A DNA stretch of 64,000 nucleotides from Sminthopsis crassicaudata (taxonomy: Eukaryota), in NCBI RefSeq assembly GCF_048593235.1, contig NC_133618.1, positions 29,050,478-29,114,477 of the forward strand, given 5' to 3'. Both the position numbers and the translations under genes were made by a program. This document shows, one piece after another, positions 1 through 11,075 of the stretch. The notes under the pieces were generated by a model. It saw only the letters and a program-made list of their open reading frames with translations. It had not been told where the DNA came from and made no database searches. How positions within the stretch are numbered: position 1 is the stretch's first letter; each line of letters starts with the position of its first letter.

Positions 1-2786
1 TATAGGTTCCATGAACTGCTGAGAAGAAAGTATATTCCTTTCTGTCTCCATTTAGCTTTCGCCAAAGATCTATCATATCAAACTTTTCTAGTATTCTATT
101 TACCTCTTTGACTTCTTTCCTATTTATTTTGTGGTTTGATTTATCTAATTCTGAGAGTGCAAGGTTGAGATCTCCCACTATTATAGTTTTGCTATTTCCT
201 CTTGCAGCTCTCTTAATTTCTCTTTTAAGAATTTAGATGCTGCACCACTTGGTGCATATATGTTTAATATTGATACTGCTTCATTATTGATGCTACCCTT
301 TAGCAGGATATAATGCCCTTCCTTATCTCTTTTAATTAGATCAATTTTTGTTTTTGTTTGATCTGAGATGAGGATGGCTACCCCTGCTTTTTTGGCTTCT
401 CCTGAAGCATAGTAGATTCTGCTCCACCCTTTTACTTTTAGTTTGAATGTATCACCCTGTTTCAGGTGGGTTTCCTGTAAACAACATATAGTAGGATTCT
501 GACTTTTAATCCAGTCTGCTAACTGCTTCCTCTTTATGAGGCTGTTTGCCCCATTTCACATTTATGGTTAGAAGAACTAATTCTATATTGCTTGCCATCC
601 TATTAACCCCTGCTTATGCTTTCCCCCTTTCCTTCCCTCTTACCCCCTACCCAGTATTAAACTTGTGAATACCACTTGCTTTTCACAGCCCTCCCTTTTT
701 AGTATCCCTCCCCTACCTTAAAGTTCCTCCCCTTATTTTACCCCTTTTCCTCACAATTTCTGTATTCCCTTCCCCTTAGCTTACTCCTTCCCTCTCACTT
801 TTCAATGAAGTGGAAGAAGTTTCACCATAAATCGAATATGTCTATTGATACACACTATGTTCATCTCCCTCCTTTCTTTCTCTCAGATATAATAGGTTGG
901 TTACCTTTGCCTCTTCATGAGATGTAGTACCACCACTTTACACTTTTTTATAATATAATTTCCTTTCCACCTCTAGTTTCTAGGACAAATTATACATATG
1001 TTCTTTACATATTTTTATGGCAGAAGTATAGTTCTCAAGATTTCTTTTTACCTTTTTAGAAATCTCTTGAGTTCTGTATTTGAAGATCAAACATTTTATG
1101 TAGGTCTGGTTTTTTCATCAAAAATAGATGGAATTCATTTATTTCGTTAAATGTCCATCTTCTTCCCTGGAAAACGATGCTCATTCTTGCTGGGTAAGTT
1201 ATTCTTGGCTGCATACCAAGTTTCTTAGCCTTTTGGAATATCATGTTCCAGGCCCTTCGTTCTTTTAATGTGGATGCTGCTAGATCCTGGGTTATCCTTA
1301 TTTTGGATCCTCCATATCTGAATTGCTTTTTTCTAGCAGCTTCCAATATCTTTTCCTTTGTCTGATGGTTCTTGAACTTGGCCACTATATTTCTTGGCGT
1401 TTTGATTTTAGTGTCCCTTTCAGTAGGTGATCGATGAATTTTTTCAATGTCTATTTTACCCTCTGTTTCTAAAACGTCCGGGCAGTTCTCTTTGATAATT
1501 TCCTCGAAAATAGTGTCCAAGCTCCTTTTTACCTCACATTTTTCAGGGAGTCTGATTATTCTCAAATTGTCTCTCCTGGATCTGTTTTCCAGGTCTGTTG
1601 TCTTTCTAATAAGGTATTTGACATTCTTTTCAATTGTTTCATTTCTCTGGTTTTGCTTGACTACCTCTTGGTTTCTCCTTTAGTCATTCATTTTTACTTG
1701 TTCGAGTCTAATTTTCAATGATGTATTTTCTTCACTCACTTTTTTATATCTTTTTGTAATTGTCCAATTGTGTTTTTATCTTCTATGGAATTTTTTTCCA
1801 TTTTATCCATTTTATTTTTTAGAGAGCTGATTTCTTTATCCAGCTCACTAATTCTGTTTTCTTTGGAGTTGTTTGCCTTTTCTAATTCACTAATTTTGTT
1901 TCTCAATGATTTGATCTCTTTACCCACTCTGGATGACTTCTCCAGGCTCTCTTTCCAAGCTTCCCTTTCCTTTTCCCATTTCTCTTCTAGCTCTCTTGTG
2001 AGAGCCTTTTTGATTTCTTCTATGAGGTTCTTTTGTATTGAGGAGCAGATCATATCCCCCTTAGGGGATTCCTCTGGGGACAGTCTGTTTTTAGTCTCCT
2101 CAGTATTTGAAGTCTGCTCTCTCTGCATACAGAAGCTGTCAATGGTTAAAGTCCTTTTGAATTTTTTGTTCATTTTGTCAAGAGCAGAATGGAAGAAAAC
2201 AAACTGACAAGAGAAACAATTGGTCTGTTTTGGGGGGGATGGGGCTGGATGGTGTTAATGGGCTTCCTCTACAGACTGGGGGGGGGGTAGGGCAGCAGAG
2301 AGCCACTAACAGAACAGCGATGGCTGCACTGCGTCTGCGCTCTGAGGCTCTGAGAATGCGCTAAATCACTCCAGGTGGGGGTTGGGGGTGCCAGGCTCCC
2401 AGAGATGCTAGTTTTCCGGGGTTTTAATCCTCCTGGCTTTAAAGCTCCTGGCTTGCTGCCAAGACGGAGTATCCACATTAGGGTAAGAGTCTTTTCACTG
2501 AAATGGCAGAGATCCTACCCCTCCCCCTCTGGTCTTAGCTGTGTGAGCTGCCTGTCTCGCTGTGGCTTGCCTGCCCTCAATCTGCGCCCAGTCTGTTCGA
2601 CCCTCCCCCGAGCAAATACAGACCTTCTCTGGAGAATTTCAAGGACGTCTTCTCTTGGTGATTATTTGTGGATTTCTTTTCTGGTCAAGCATTAAGTCTG
2701 AGGCTTGTCATGAAGTAAGTTCTGAGAGAAAACGCAGAGCTCAAGCAGCTGTCTGCCTCCACGCTGCCATCTTGGCCAGAAGTCCC
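1..2786 (-). mobile_element. LINE-1, 5'-intact but inactivated (5'UTR, ORF1, start of ORF2; continues off the left edge)
   Basis: Minus strand starts GGGACTTCTGGCCAAGATGGC at 2786 (YY1-type L1 start). ORF1 pieces at 1736-2173 (coiled coil) and 1056-1565 (RRM/CTD: IHRSP...PRNIVAKF...IRITQDLAASTLKERRAW) are in different frames. The ORF2 endonuclease start is at about 598 (TINV-frameshift-NGANSLIKRKQLADWIKSQNPTICCLQETHL). Confidence 0.95.
1056..2173 (-). pseudogene. L1 ORF1p, frameshifted/stop-disrupted
   Basis: Two ORF-track pieces in different frames with typical L1 ORF1 motifs; in-frame stops lie between 1565 and 1736. Confidence 0.9.
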
Positions 2787-2986
2787 TGATTGTTAAATTT
2801 TCAATGTATGAGTATTGACACCCCATAAATCGGCAAACCCTACAAATCAGGACATGATTTATTGTTTTGTTGATTGCCTAGACTTAAGAAAGTGATGGAG
2901 AAAACTTTAATGATGCAGATTAAACTAAAAAAGGTACACTGTTACCCCAGAAAGTCACTTGTTAAACATTTACCAGCACACTATTG
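2787..2986 (+). mobile_element. MER63-like hAT DNA transposon remnant, interrupted by the L1
   Basis: Matches remembered MER63 consensus blocks: ATTGTTAAATTTTCA...AAATCGGCAAAC.CTACAAATCAGG...TTGATTG.CTAGACTTAAGAAAGTGATGGAGAAA...TTGTTAAACATTTACCAGCACAC (terminal). Confidence 0.7.
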
Positions 2987-4404
2987 TTAGCTTCCCTGTG
3001 AGTATTCATACTAACAATATATCAAATATAGAAGGCCTTTGTTTTTCCCAATGAGAAAATGTCAAGCATAAAGGACTCACATTTGAGCCCATGAATACAT
3101 CTCTTCCATGGGTCTAGGCAGAGTTCCAAATTGATAATATCATGCTAAAATGGAGAAGATAATGGAACTAGGTACTGTTTGATTATGACTAGACTATGCA
3201 ATAGAAACCTTTCCAGCCCCAGAGATTTAGAGGATGCTACTCTGAGGTCTACATTTCCTTTGGGAGAGGAAAATACTTTAAGAGTTACAGAGACCTGGAC
3301 TCTGGCTCCCTTCAGGACCTATCTAGTCCTCCTAGTTTACATGATGCCTTAGGGTTGACACCTTGGGAAGGGGAATGAAAGAGCTCCTAGACATGAGAGT
3401 AACTCCATCCCTCCAGTCTCACACATGCCACATAACTCATGGAATCCTCAAAGGTGCTCCCCATCATTACCGTGTTTCTCACAACAATCAGCCACTCTGC
3501 TCTTCTCCCACATAATATTGTGCATCAGACTGAGGAAGTTGGGCAAGTCCCCTGAAGCATCAAGGTGGGAGCTCCATGGGAGCAGGGAACCACATTGTGC
3601 TTTCTCCTCCTTATCCATGTGATGCTCTGCCTGTGTTTGTCCCACTTCTCAAGAAGGCAGCAGCTCTGTCAGGTTGCAAAAAAGTTTTTGTGGGATGCTG
3701 ATGTTGGCAACAGTGAGAAAAGGCCCTGGGGAGGGCTTCTCTCCCAGGAAGCAGTGGTCATCCTTAGATCAGATAGCCATCCTTGCCAAGCCCTCCCACC
3801 ATCAGTTTGCTGTCTCCCAGGAGGAGACCTGGAGCCCCAGAGAAACCAGGATGATCCTGAGAGGGATTTGTGATTATCTGTTGGAATAATCAGTTCATTT
3901 TAAGCCCCAGAAATGAAATAATCTGGCTTCAGTTTTAGGTGAAAAATTAAGAGTTCAATTTTAATCACTCTAAGCCCCCAGTTAGGAAAGTTCTTAACAT
4001 CTAGACAGAGGTGGGACTTTCTGTCTAATTTAACATTCATATTTACCTTTACCAACACCCCCCCCACCTTCCCCCCCCCCCCCCCGTTCCTTTATGGTTG
4101 AGGTGAAGTTTGGTTTACTGGAAATATTTGTGTAATAAAACCATAGACTATATCCACATGTCTGTGGATGATCAGGGATTGAAAGAAATTGGATAAGAAC
4201 TGACATGTTCTTGGGACTTCTCTCAGAATATCTCTTCTGTTCTGAGATGCATTTAAAGGGTAATTGACTTGCCAGTGGTCACCCAGCAGTTAATAAGTGT
4301 TAGAGGTACGATATGAATCCAAGACTCCTTGATTCCGAACACAGGATTCTTATCCACTAGCTCAATTTGCCGCTAAGAATCTAATTAAAACAGAGATTTA
4401 TGGT

Positions 4405-4670
4405 CATGTATTTGTTCAGTCATTTTCAATCCTGTTTAAATCTTTGTGACCCCATTTGGGGTTTTCTTGGCAAAGATACTGGAGTGGTTTGCCATTTCCT
4501 TTTCCAGCTCATTTTACATATTAGAAAACTAAGGCAAACTAAGGCAAACAGGGTTAAGTGACTTGCCTAGGGTCATACTGCTAGTGAGTGTCTGAGGCTG
4601 GATTTGGACTCAGGTGAGTTTTCCTGCCTCCAGGCTTGGCACTCTATTCATTGTGCCATCTAGCTACCCC
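4405..4670 (-). mobile_element. MAR1-like marsupial SINE
   Basis: GTGACCCCATTTGGGGTTTTCTTGGCAAAGATACTGGAGTGGTTTGCCATTTCC followed by the MIR/CORE block (AAGTGACTTGCC.AGGGTCA). Confidence 0.8.
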
Positions 4671-4899
4671 ATGGTCATTTATAATATTAAATAAAATGTT
4701 TAAAACAATTTAGAAATGAAACAATAGAGCTCTCTTTGGCTGATCTTTTGTAAAGTGCAGAGAAGAGCACAAATTTTTTTTTTGTAAAGTGCAGAGAAGA
4801 GCACAAAGTTTTTCACCATGGTTTATTCTGTTTTTTCTTTTTTTCTTTTTTTTTTTTTTTTTTTTTTTTTTGAAATGACACACTATGAAAGGAAGGCTC

Positions 4900-5438
4900 C
4901 CAAAGTCTTCAGTGAGGAGCCCGCGGAGCTCCAGCGCGAGGGAGACTAGAGGACCCCGCTGCCCCCGGAGACTTCCTGCACAAGAAAGCCTCTGCCCTGT
5001 GCCAAGCTTCCAGGGGAGTTCCCATAGAGACGCTGGGGAGTGGCCAGAAAGGCTGGGCAGACTTGGCTCTAGGCTAGTACAGCCGGGCAGCCCCTCGGCA
5101 ACCGCGGAACAGGCCCAGGTGAGGGGAGCGGGAAAGCGCATCTTCTCCCGAGAAGTCCTTGGCCTTGGAGTGGGGGGCTGGGCGGGGGGAGGGGGGGCAT
5201 TCCCCTCCCCCTGGCAGAGGGGGCCCGGATGGGGCTTAGAGGGAAGTTCTTTCTGTCTCCCTCCTTAGTAACCCCGGGTGCTAAGTCTGAAGGGCCTGGG
5301 GTATCAGGAGCTGTTCAGGGCTGAACTCCTTGACCCTTCCCTCAGAGGATGTCCTCTCTGAGGTTCGGAGGCAGGAGGGGGGATGGGGAGGAAAGTTGGG
5401 GAGCGGGAATAGGCTCACTTGGATTTCATCCACAGCAG
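4900..5438 (+). promoter_or_regulatory. GC/CpG-rich promoter, putative non-coding exon 1 (donor CAG|GTGAGG at 5118/5119) and short intron of the NAT8-like gene
   Basis: CpG-rich stretch; strong donor at 5119; acceptor TTTCATCCACAG (5435, tandem NAGNAG to 5438) about 30 nt before the ATG. Same layout as eutherian NAT8 (non-coding exon 1 plus one coding exon). Confidence 0.6.
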
Positions 5439-5465
5439 TCCCGCTACAGGGACAAGGACGCTGCG

Positions 5466-6134
5466 ATGTCTCCCTGCCACATCCGGAGGTACGAGGACCG
5501 AGACTGGGCCGAGGTGAGGGCCATCTTCGCTGAGGGGATGCTGGAGCAAGTGCCTGCTAACTTCTGGCATCTGCTGAAGCAGCCCGGGGGCTTCCTGCTG
5601 CTGCTGGGAGGCCCGGGGGCCCTGCTCCTGGGCTCCGGCTCGCTCCTCCTGGCCCTACTGGCTCTGCTGGCCCTCTTGTCCACGCTGTGGCTGCTCGCCA
5701 GGTATCCTTTCTCTTACTACGTGGCCCACGCGTTACGCACCGACATGCGAGACATCGGGGCCGCCTACCTCAGGGACCCAGGCTCCTGTTTCTGGGTGGC
5801 CGAGTCGGGGGGCGGGGCGGTGGGCCTGGTGTGCGCCCGCGCGGCGCCGGAAGCTCCGGACCCGGGTCAGCTGGAGCTGCTGCACTTGTCCGTGCGCCGG
5901 GAGCAGCGGGGTCAGGGGGTAGCCAAAGCCTTGGTCCGGACCGTGCTTCGCTTTGCGCAGGAGCGGGGCTACGGCGGCGTGGTCCTGACCACCACCAGCC
6001 TGAACGCCCCAGCGAGGAGACTCTATGAGAGCCTGGGCTTCTGGAAGTCCCACGAATCGCGGACCGGGCCGAGCTGGTCCCCAGCAGCCATTGCTTTAGC
6101 GCATTACAAATACGCCCTGCCCCTCGCGTCCTGA
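5466..6134 (+). CDS. NAT8: NAT8/camello-family GNAT N-acetyltransferase, 222 aa, single coding exon
   Basis: MSPCHIRRYEDRD aligns with NAT8 MAPCHIRKYQESD. Has a hydrophobic membrane anchor (LLLLGGPGALLLGSGSLLLALLALLALL), TDMRDI, GSCFWVAE, the acetyl-CoA motif A (REQRGQGVAKALVRTVLRFA) and LYESLGF. Adjacent to TPRKB as in human. Confidence 0.9.
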   Translation: MSPCHIRRYEDRDWAEVRAIFAEGMLEQVPANFWHLLKQPGGFLLLLGGPGALLLGSGSLLLALLALLALLSTLWLLARYPFSYYVAHALRTDMRDIGAAYLRDPGSCFWVAESGGGAVGLVCARAAPEAPDPGQLELLHLSVRREQRGQGVAKALVRTVLRFAQERGYGGVVLTTTSLNAPARRLYESLGFWKSHESRTGPSWSPAAIALAHYKYALPLAS

Positions 6135-7411
6135 AAGGCCCCCCCTCAGCTTTCTGGCTGGTGGCTAATCACTGATCCATCGAGATTGCTGATTGTCCCG
6201 GTACTCGGATGGCTTCTGCTTCTGCAAAACGGCGTCTGCCTGGAACGCCCTCCAAGAACAAAGTGCAACGTACTTTACACAGAGTGACCGCTGCGTGGGC
6301 AGCTGGGAATGACCTCTTCTTCCCAGTAGTACAATCATCCACCGCTGCAGGACTCCCACTGGCAAATCCTGGCCCTGCACTGAGGGAACTGATCGTGTCT
6401 GAATATAGCTCGAAGCCCTCTCGATTGCTCTCGATTTTTAACTTAATTTTTCTTGAGGATTTTCATTTTCATTTTTTTTTTTTTTAATCAGGGCGAGAGA
6501 TCTATTTTTCTTTCACAACTTGACTTTTAAGGAAATGTTTTGTATAACTTCACATGGGGTTTCTTAAGTGTGGATGGGGATAATGGAGAAAATCTAGTCA
6601 AAAATAAAAACAAATGTAAAAAATTGTTTTGAATGTAATGGGAAAATATTAAATGAGTAAATGAAAATATGCTTCTAGGATGGGGGCAACTTAGAGAAGG
6701 ATGGTTTTTATTAAAATGCAAATATGTGGGAGGGTCTGAATGATTGTATTTTAAAGGTTTTAAGTTCTTGCTCAAGTGGGAGCTGTGTAGATGTCTGAGA
6801 GCAGGAGTAGAAAAGGATTTTTCCTCCGGATAACTGTTTGCTGTGAATCTTTACACACAGCGGACTTCAAACTTGATCGCGTGAGGGATGAGAACATTGG
6901 GTTGGATGCAGTGAGGATTATTCATAGAGATAAGGGGACAAATGAGACACAGTGGCAGCTGCTGTGTGACCTTTACTCAGGCGAGGGCTAGAGGGTTTGT
7001 AAAGGCTGAGAAATGACATTTTCAGTGAGGAGTATTGCTAACTAGTAAGACGGTTTGATTTGTTGTTTTGTTACTTTTAAATGGGGCAGAGAAAATGTGA
7101 ATGCTATTCACTAAACTTAAGTATGTTCCAAAGTACTTTTTTTTTTTTTTTTAATTTTGAAGAGCCAGGTGTTAAATATCTGTCATCACCTTACTGCTTA
7201 AAGCCTGATGTAAGTGTCGGTTTACCCCAAAGACAAAAACAAACCGTCTCTTTGCTAATCTCACAGGTCGTTTCTCCCATATTACTTTGTTTCCTTGCTT
7301 TTTAAATAAGTTTTTATTGTTTTATTTACTTTTGCATTACCTTGATTCCCACCTAATCTTTTCCTTGTCTTAGAGAATGCTTAAAATAATTTTTGGAAAA
7401 ATAATAGTTTT

Positions 7412-7545
7412 GGGCAGCTAGGTGGCGCAGTGAATAAAGCACAAGCCCCAAATTCAGGAGGACCTGAGTTCAAATGTGACTTCAGACACTTAACACTTCC
7501 TAGCTGTGTGACCTGGGGCAAGTCACTTAACCCCAATTGCCTCAC
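7412..7545 (+). mobile_element. WSINE1-like CORE SINE
   Basis: GGGCAGCTAGGTGGCGCAGTG...CAGGAGGACCTGAGTTCAAAT...GTGTGACCTGGGGCAAGTCACTTAACCCCAATTGCCTC; tRNA-derived A/B boxes. Confidence 0.9.
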
Positions 7546-7549
7546 CAAG

Positions 7550-8510
7550 ATAATAATATTTTTATTTTCCAACTACAAGCAGCTTTCAACATTCAAAATC
7601 TTACGTTCCAAAATTTTCTTTCTCTCTCCCTCCCACCCCATCCCCTAGTCAGCAAGTAATCTAATGTATGTTAAACATATACAATTCTTCTATAAATATT
7701 TCACAATTATCATCCTGCACAAGAAAAATCAGATCAAAAAAGGAAAAAAATTGAGAAAAAAAGCAAGCAAACAACAATAAAAAAGGTGATATTATGCTGT
7801 GATCCACATTCAATCTCCCCAGTCCTCTCTCTGGATGCAAATGACACTTTCCATGCCAAGTCTATTGGAATTGGCCTGAACATTTCATTGTTAAGAAGAG
7901 CCACGTCCATCAGAATTGATCATCATACAATCTTGTTGCTGCATTGTTATTTTCTTGGTTCTACTCACTTCCCTCAGCATCACTTCCCATAGGTCTCTCC
8001 AGCCTTTCTGAAATCATCTTGCTGATCATTTCTTACAGAACAATAGTATTCCATAACATTCATATACCATGATTTATTCAGCCATTCTCTAACTGATGGG
8101 CATCCACTCAGTTTCCAGTTTCTGCCCACTACAAAAAGGGCTGCTCTTACAAACATTTTGCACATGTGGGTCCCCTTCCCTCCTTTAAGGTCTGAGATAT
8201 AAGCCCAGTAGAGACACTGCTGAATCACAGTTTGATAGACCTTTGGGCATAGTTCCAAATTGCTCTCCAGAATGGTTGGATCAGTTCACAACTCCACCAA
8301 CAACATATTAGTGTCCCAGTTTTCCCACATCCCCTCCAACATTTGTCCTTATCTTTTCCTGTCGTCTTAGCCAATCTTAGAGTTGTGTAGTGGTACTTCA
8401 GAATTGTCTTAATTTGCATTTCTCTGATCAACAATGATTGAGCATTTTTTCATGACTAGAAATGGCTTTAATTTTTTATCTGAAAATTGTCTGTTCATAT
8501 TCTTTGAACA
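7550..8510 (-). mobile_element. Old L1 3' fragment (ORF2 C-terminus + 3'UTR)
   Basis: Broken ORFs 8225-8434 and 7980-8258 with L1 ORF2 C-terminal motifs (LIREMQIKT, CWRGCGKTGTL, MEYYCSVRNDQQ). Confidence 0.9.
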
Positions 8511-9012
8511 TACAATAATTTTTTAAAAAATTAAGAGAAAAACATAGTCAAATCGAATATCTACCCCCTCCCCAAAAGACATATGCAATGTTTTATACCC
8601 AGAGACCCCGACTTCTGCAAAAATCACGAGACTTCTCATAGTGTTTCTTTGGGACCAGCTTGTTCTTTACCATTTCATAGCATTTAGGGTCATTGTTTTT
8701 TGGTTTTTACATTTACATCCAGGTAGTCACTGTAAGGGCCTGAATTTGAACACAGGCTCTGCTGCACAGCCCTTATGGGGACCTTGGATAATGAAAACTA
8801 ATTGCTTTAAAATATACAAAGTGCTTCATAGACTTTCTGCATTTGAGTCTCCTAAGTCAGTGAGGTAGCTCCTGTAAAGTATTGATATTCCTATTTTACA
8901 GATGAAGAAACATGATTTTTTTAAAAATTTATTTTTTGTTTTTTTAGGTTTTAAGGTGTTTTTTAAATTCCGAACCCAGCTCTAGAGAAGGGCACCATCT
9001 GATAGAAATATG

Positions 9013-9014
<2 letters not shown>

Positions 9015-9056
<42 letters not shown>

Positions 9057-9066
9057 TGTTTGTGTG
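9015..9066. repeat. (GT)n microsatellite
   Basis: Directly visible. Confidence 0.95.
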
Positions 9067-11075
9067 TAAGGGTGGGTGAGAGTATATAAAATTCCTTAAA
9101 ATAAAGGCAATGACAGCTCAAATTTCTATATAGTTTTTTTAGATCTAGAAAATCTTTTTCCCTTCCAAGGAAGACAGCACCAGAATGCTCATTCTACAGA
9201 AGAAAAAACTGAGGCCCTGAAATGTTAAATTACTTGTACATGGTAACAAAAACAAGCACTTTAGAAGAGGTCCCTACCCTAGATTAAAAAGAAAAGAAGC
9301 ATAAGGGAGAACATCTGGATTAATAACTGCCTAGAGTGGGAACACAATTTCTCACACCTTATTTTTTTCTCAGTTCCTGTGGTCCTCCACATCAGCCTGA
9401 TGCTGACTGGCTTATTCCTAGGGATCTGGAGCCTTCTCCTGGGCTCCTGCACTTGTGAAAGCCCCCCCCCCCCAATTTGTCTTACTGAAGGTCAAACCCT
9501 CTGGTCCTGATGGAGGAGCCAAGCAGCAGCTGGCAATTTTTGGCAGACCTGGTTTCCTGGCCTGATGATATGTGGCTTCCTTTCTCAGAATCAAAACAAG
9601 ATTAAAAACACGGATTTAGTGAAGAAAATGACTATATCTCCTTGTGTCCTTCTGAAACTGTTTCACAATTTTGTGTTTTTACATTTTAAAAATATGTAAT
9701 GATACTTTTTTAATATTAAAAATCTGTTGAATTGGGGTAAAGCTGTCCAAATTCAACCAAAAGAAGTAGATGAAAACATTTCTTTGAATGCTGAGAAGTG
9801 GCTTCTCATGAATCATTAATCATGATGTAATAAAATTTGTAAGCACAGATCTTGGGAATTTAGTTTCCAGGTATTTTAACTATACTCTGCAGATCATAAT
9901 TTTGGATTCAAATAGTTATTATTTAGGCACGTTTCAATATGGGATATTAATCAAGAATCTAATAAAGTTGGTCAGTAGCAATGTTTTACTCAAAAGCTTA
10001 TTCTGTTTATCTTTCTCCCAACAAACCAAAATTAAAGTCAAAATAATTTTGTTTTAGAATAGTATCACTGCCATTCCTATTTCCTCTCCCTATTTCTTCT
10101 TTCCCTAAGCTTAATAACCAAGCTTTGCCATACACACAAAAACACCCAAAACACCATCCCTTGCTCCAAGCCCTGCCAGGCTGAAAGGAAAAGACAGTGT
10201 ACAATTAGCAGAGCCTTCACTCCTCAAAGAGATTGATAGGAGAAGACTCTACTGGAGAACTCACCTGTCATGACTTCCATAAGTAAAAGTACAAAAAATT
10301 ATCATTAAAATAATGCTCAAAGAGGATTCTGGGTAGATGACAAAATAGGTCAGAAACTTCCAAGCTCTCCAGATTTCCTCCATAAATGATACAAAACTGC
10401 TAGGCTAGAATACTAGGATATACATGTATACACACACACACATACACACAGCTAGGATACTAATATATACATACATACATAAACACACATAAGACAAAAA
10501 ACTTTCAAAATTTATAAACAAATAAGAGGGGGAGGGAACAGGAGAAGGGAAGGTATAGATGGATGTGTAGAATAAGAGAAGTGGGATAAATATGTAGAAT
10601 AATGGGAATGGGACAAAAAGGAAGGAAAAGGGTAGGGGGAGAAGACAAGGGGAAGGTTAAATAATAACAAAGCAGGGTAGCAGATAGAAATAAAGTAGCA
10701 GGGATAGGAAACAAAAAATACAGAGAAACACAATAACAATGATCAGGAGTAGAATTTATTAGGAAAAAAAAGGGTAGTAATCATTAATCTCAAAATCAAA
10801 GTTAAAAAAGATTTGATCAAAAGAGAAAAATGTACATTACATGTCAACTATATAAATATGCTTTTAGATGAATATATGGATATATGCACATGTACTACTA
10901 TGTATGTGTATGTATGTGTCTATGTGTGGATATATTTTGAATCCTCTCATATTCTGCAGGTCACATGACAGTTTTTTCCTCCCTTTTTTTCTATTTTGTG
11001 TTTAAATTTTAAACAAATATTTAAAATATAAAATAAAATAATGCTAAAAACATTTCTTGATTTTTTTTTTTTATT

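Noticed and set aside
2987-3999. Possible solo LTR (ends ...TTAACA)
   Set aside because: No matching TSD, poly(A) signal or PBS/PPT could be identified; left unclassified.
5349-5465. 39-aa N-terminal extension of the NAT8 ORF (261 aa in the track)
   Set aside because: It runs through the intron and splice acceptor at 5435; family homology starts at Met 5466.
5444-6053. Alternative-frame and antisense ORFs over NAT8
   Set aside because: Shadow ORFs of GC-rich coding sequence; no motifs.
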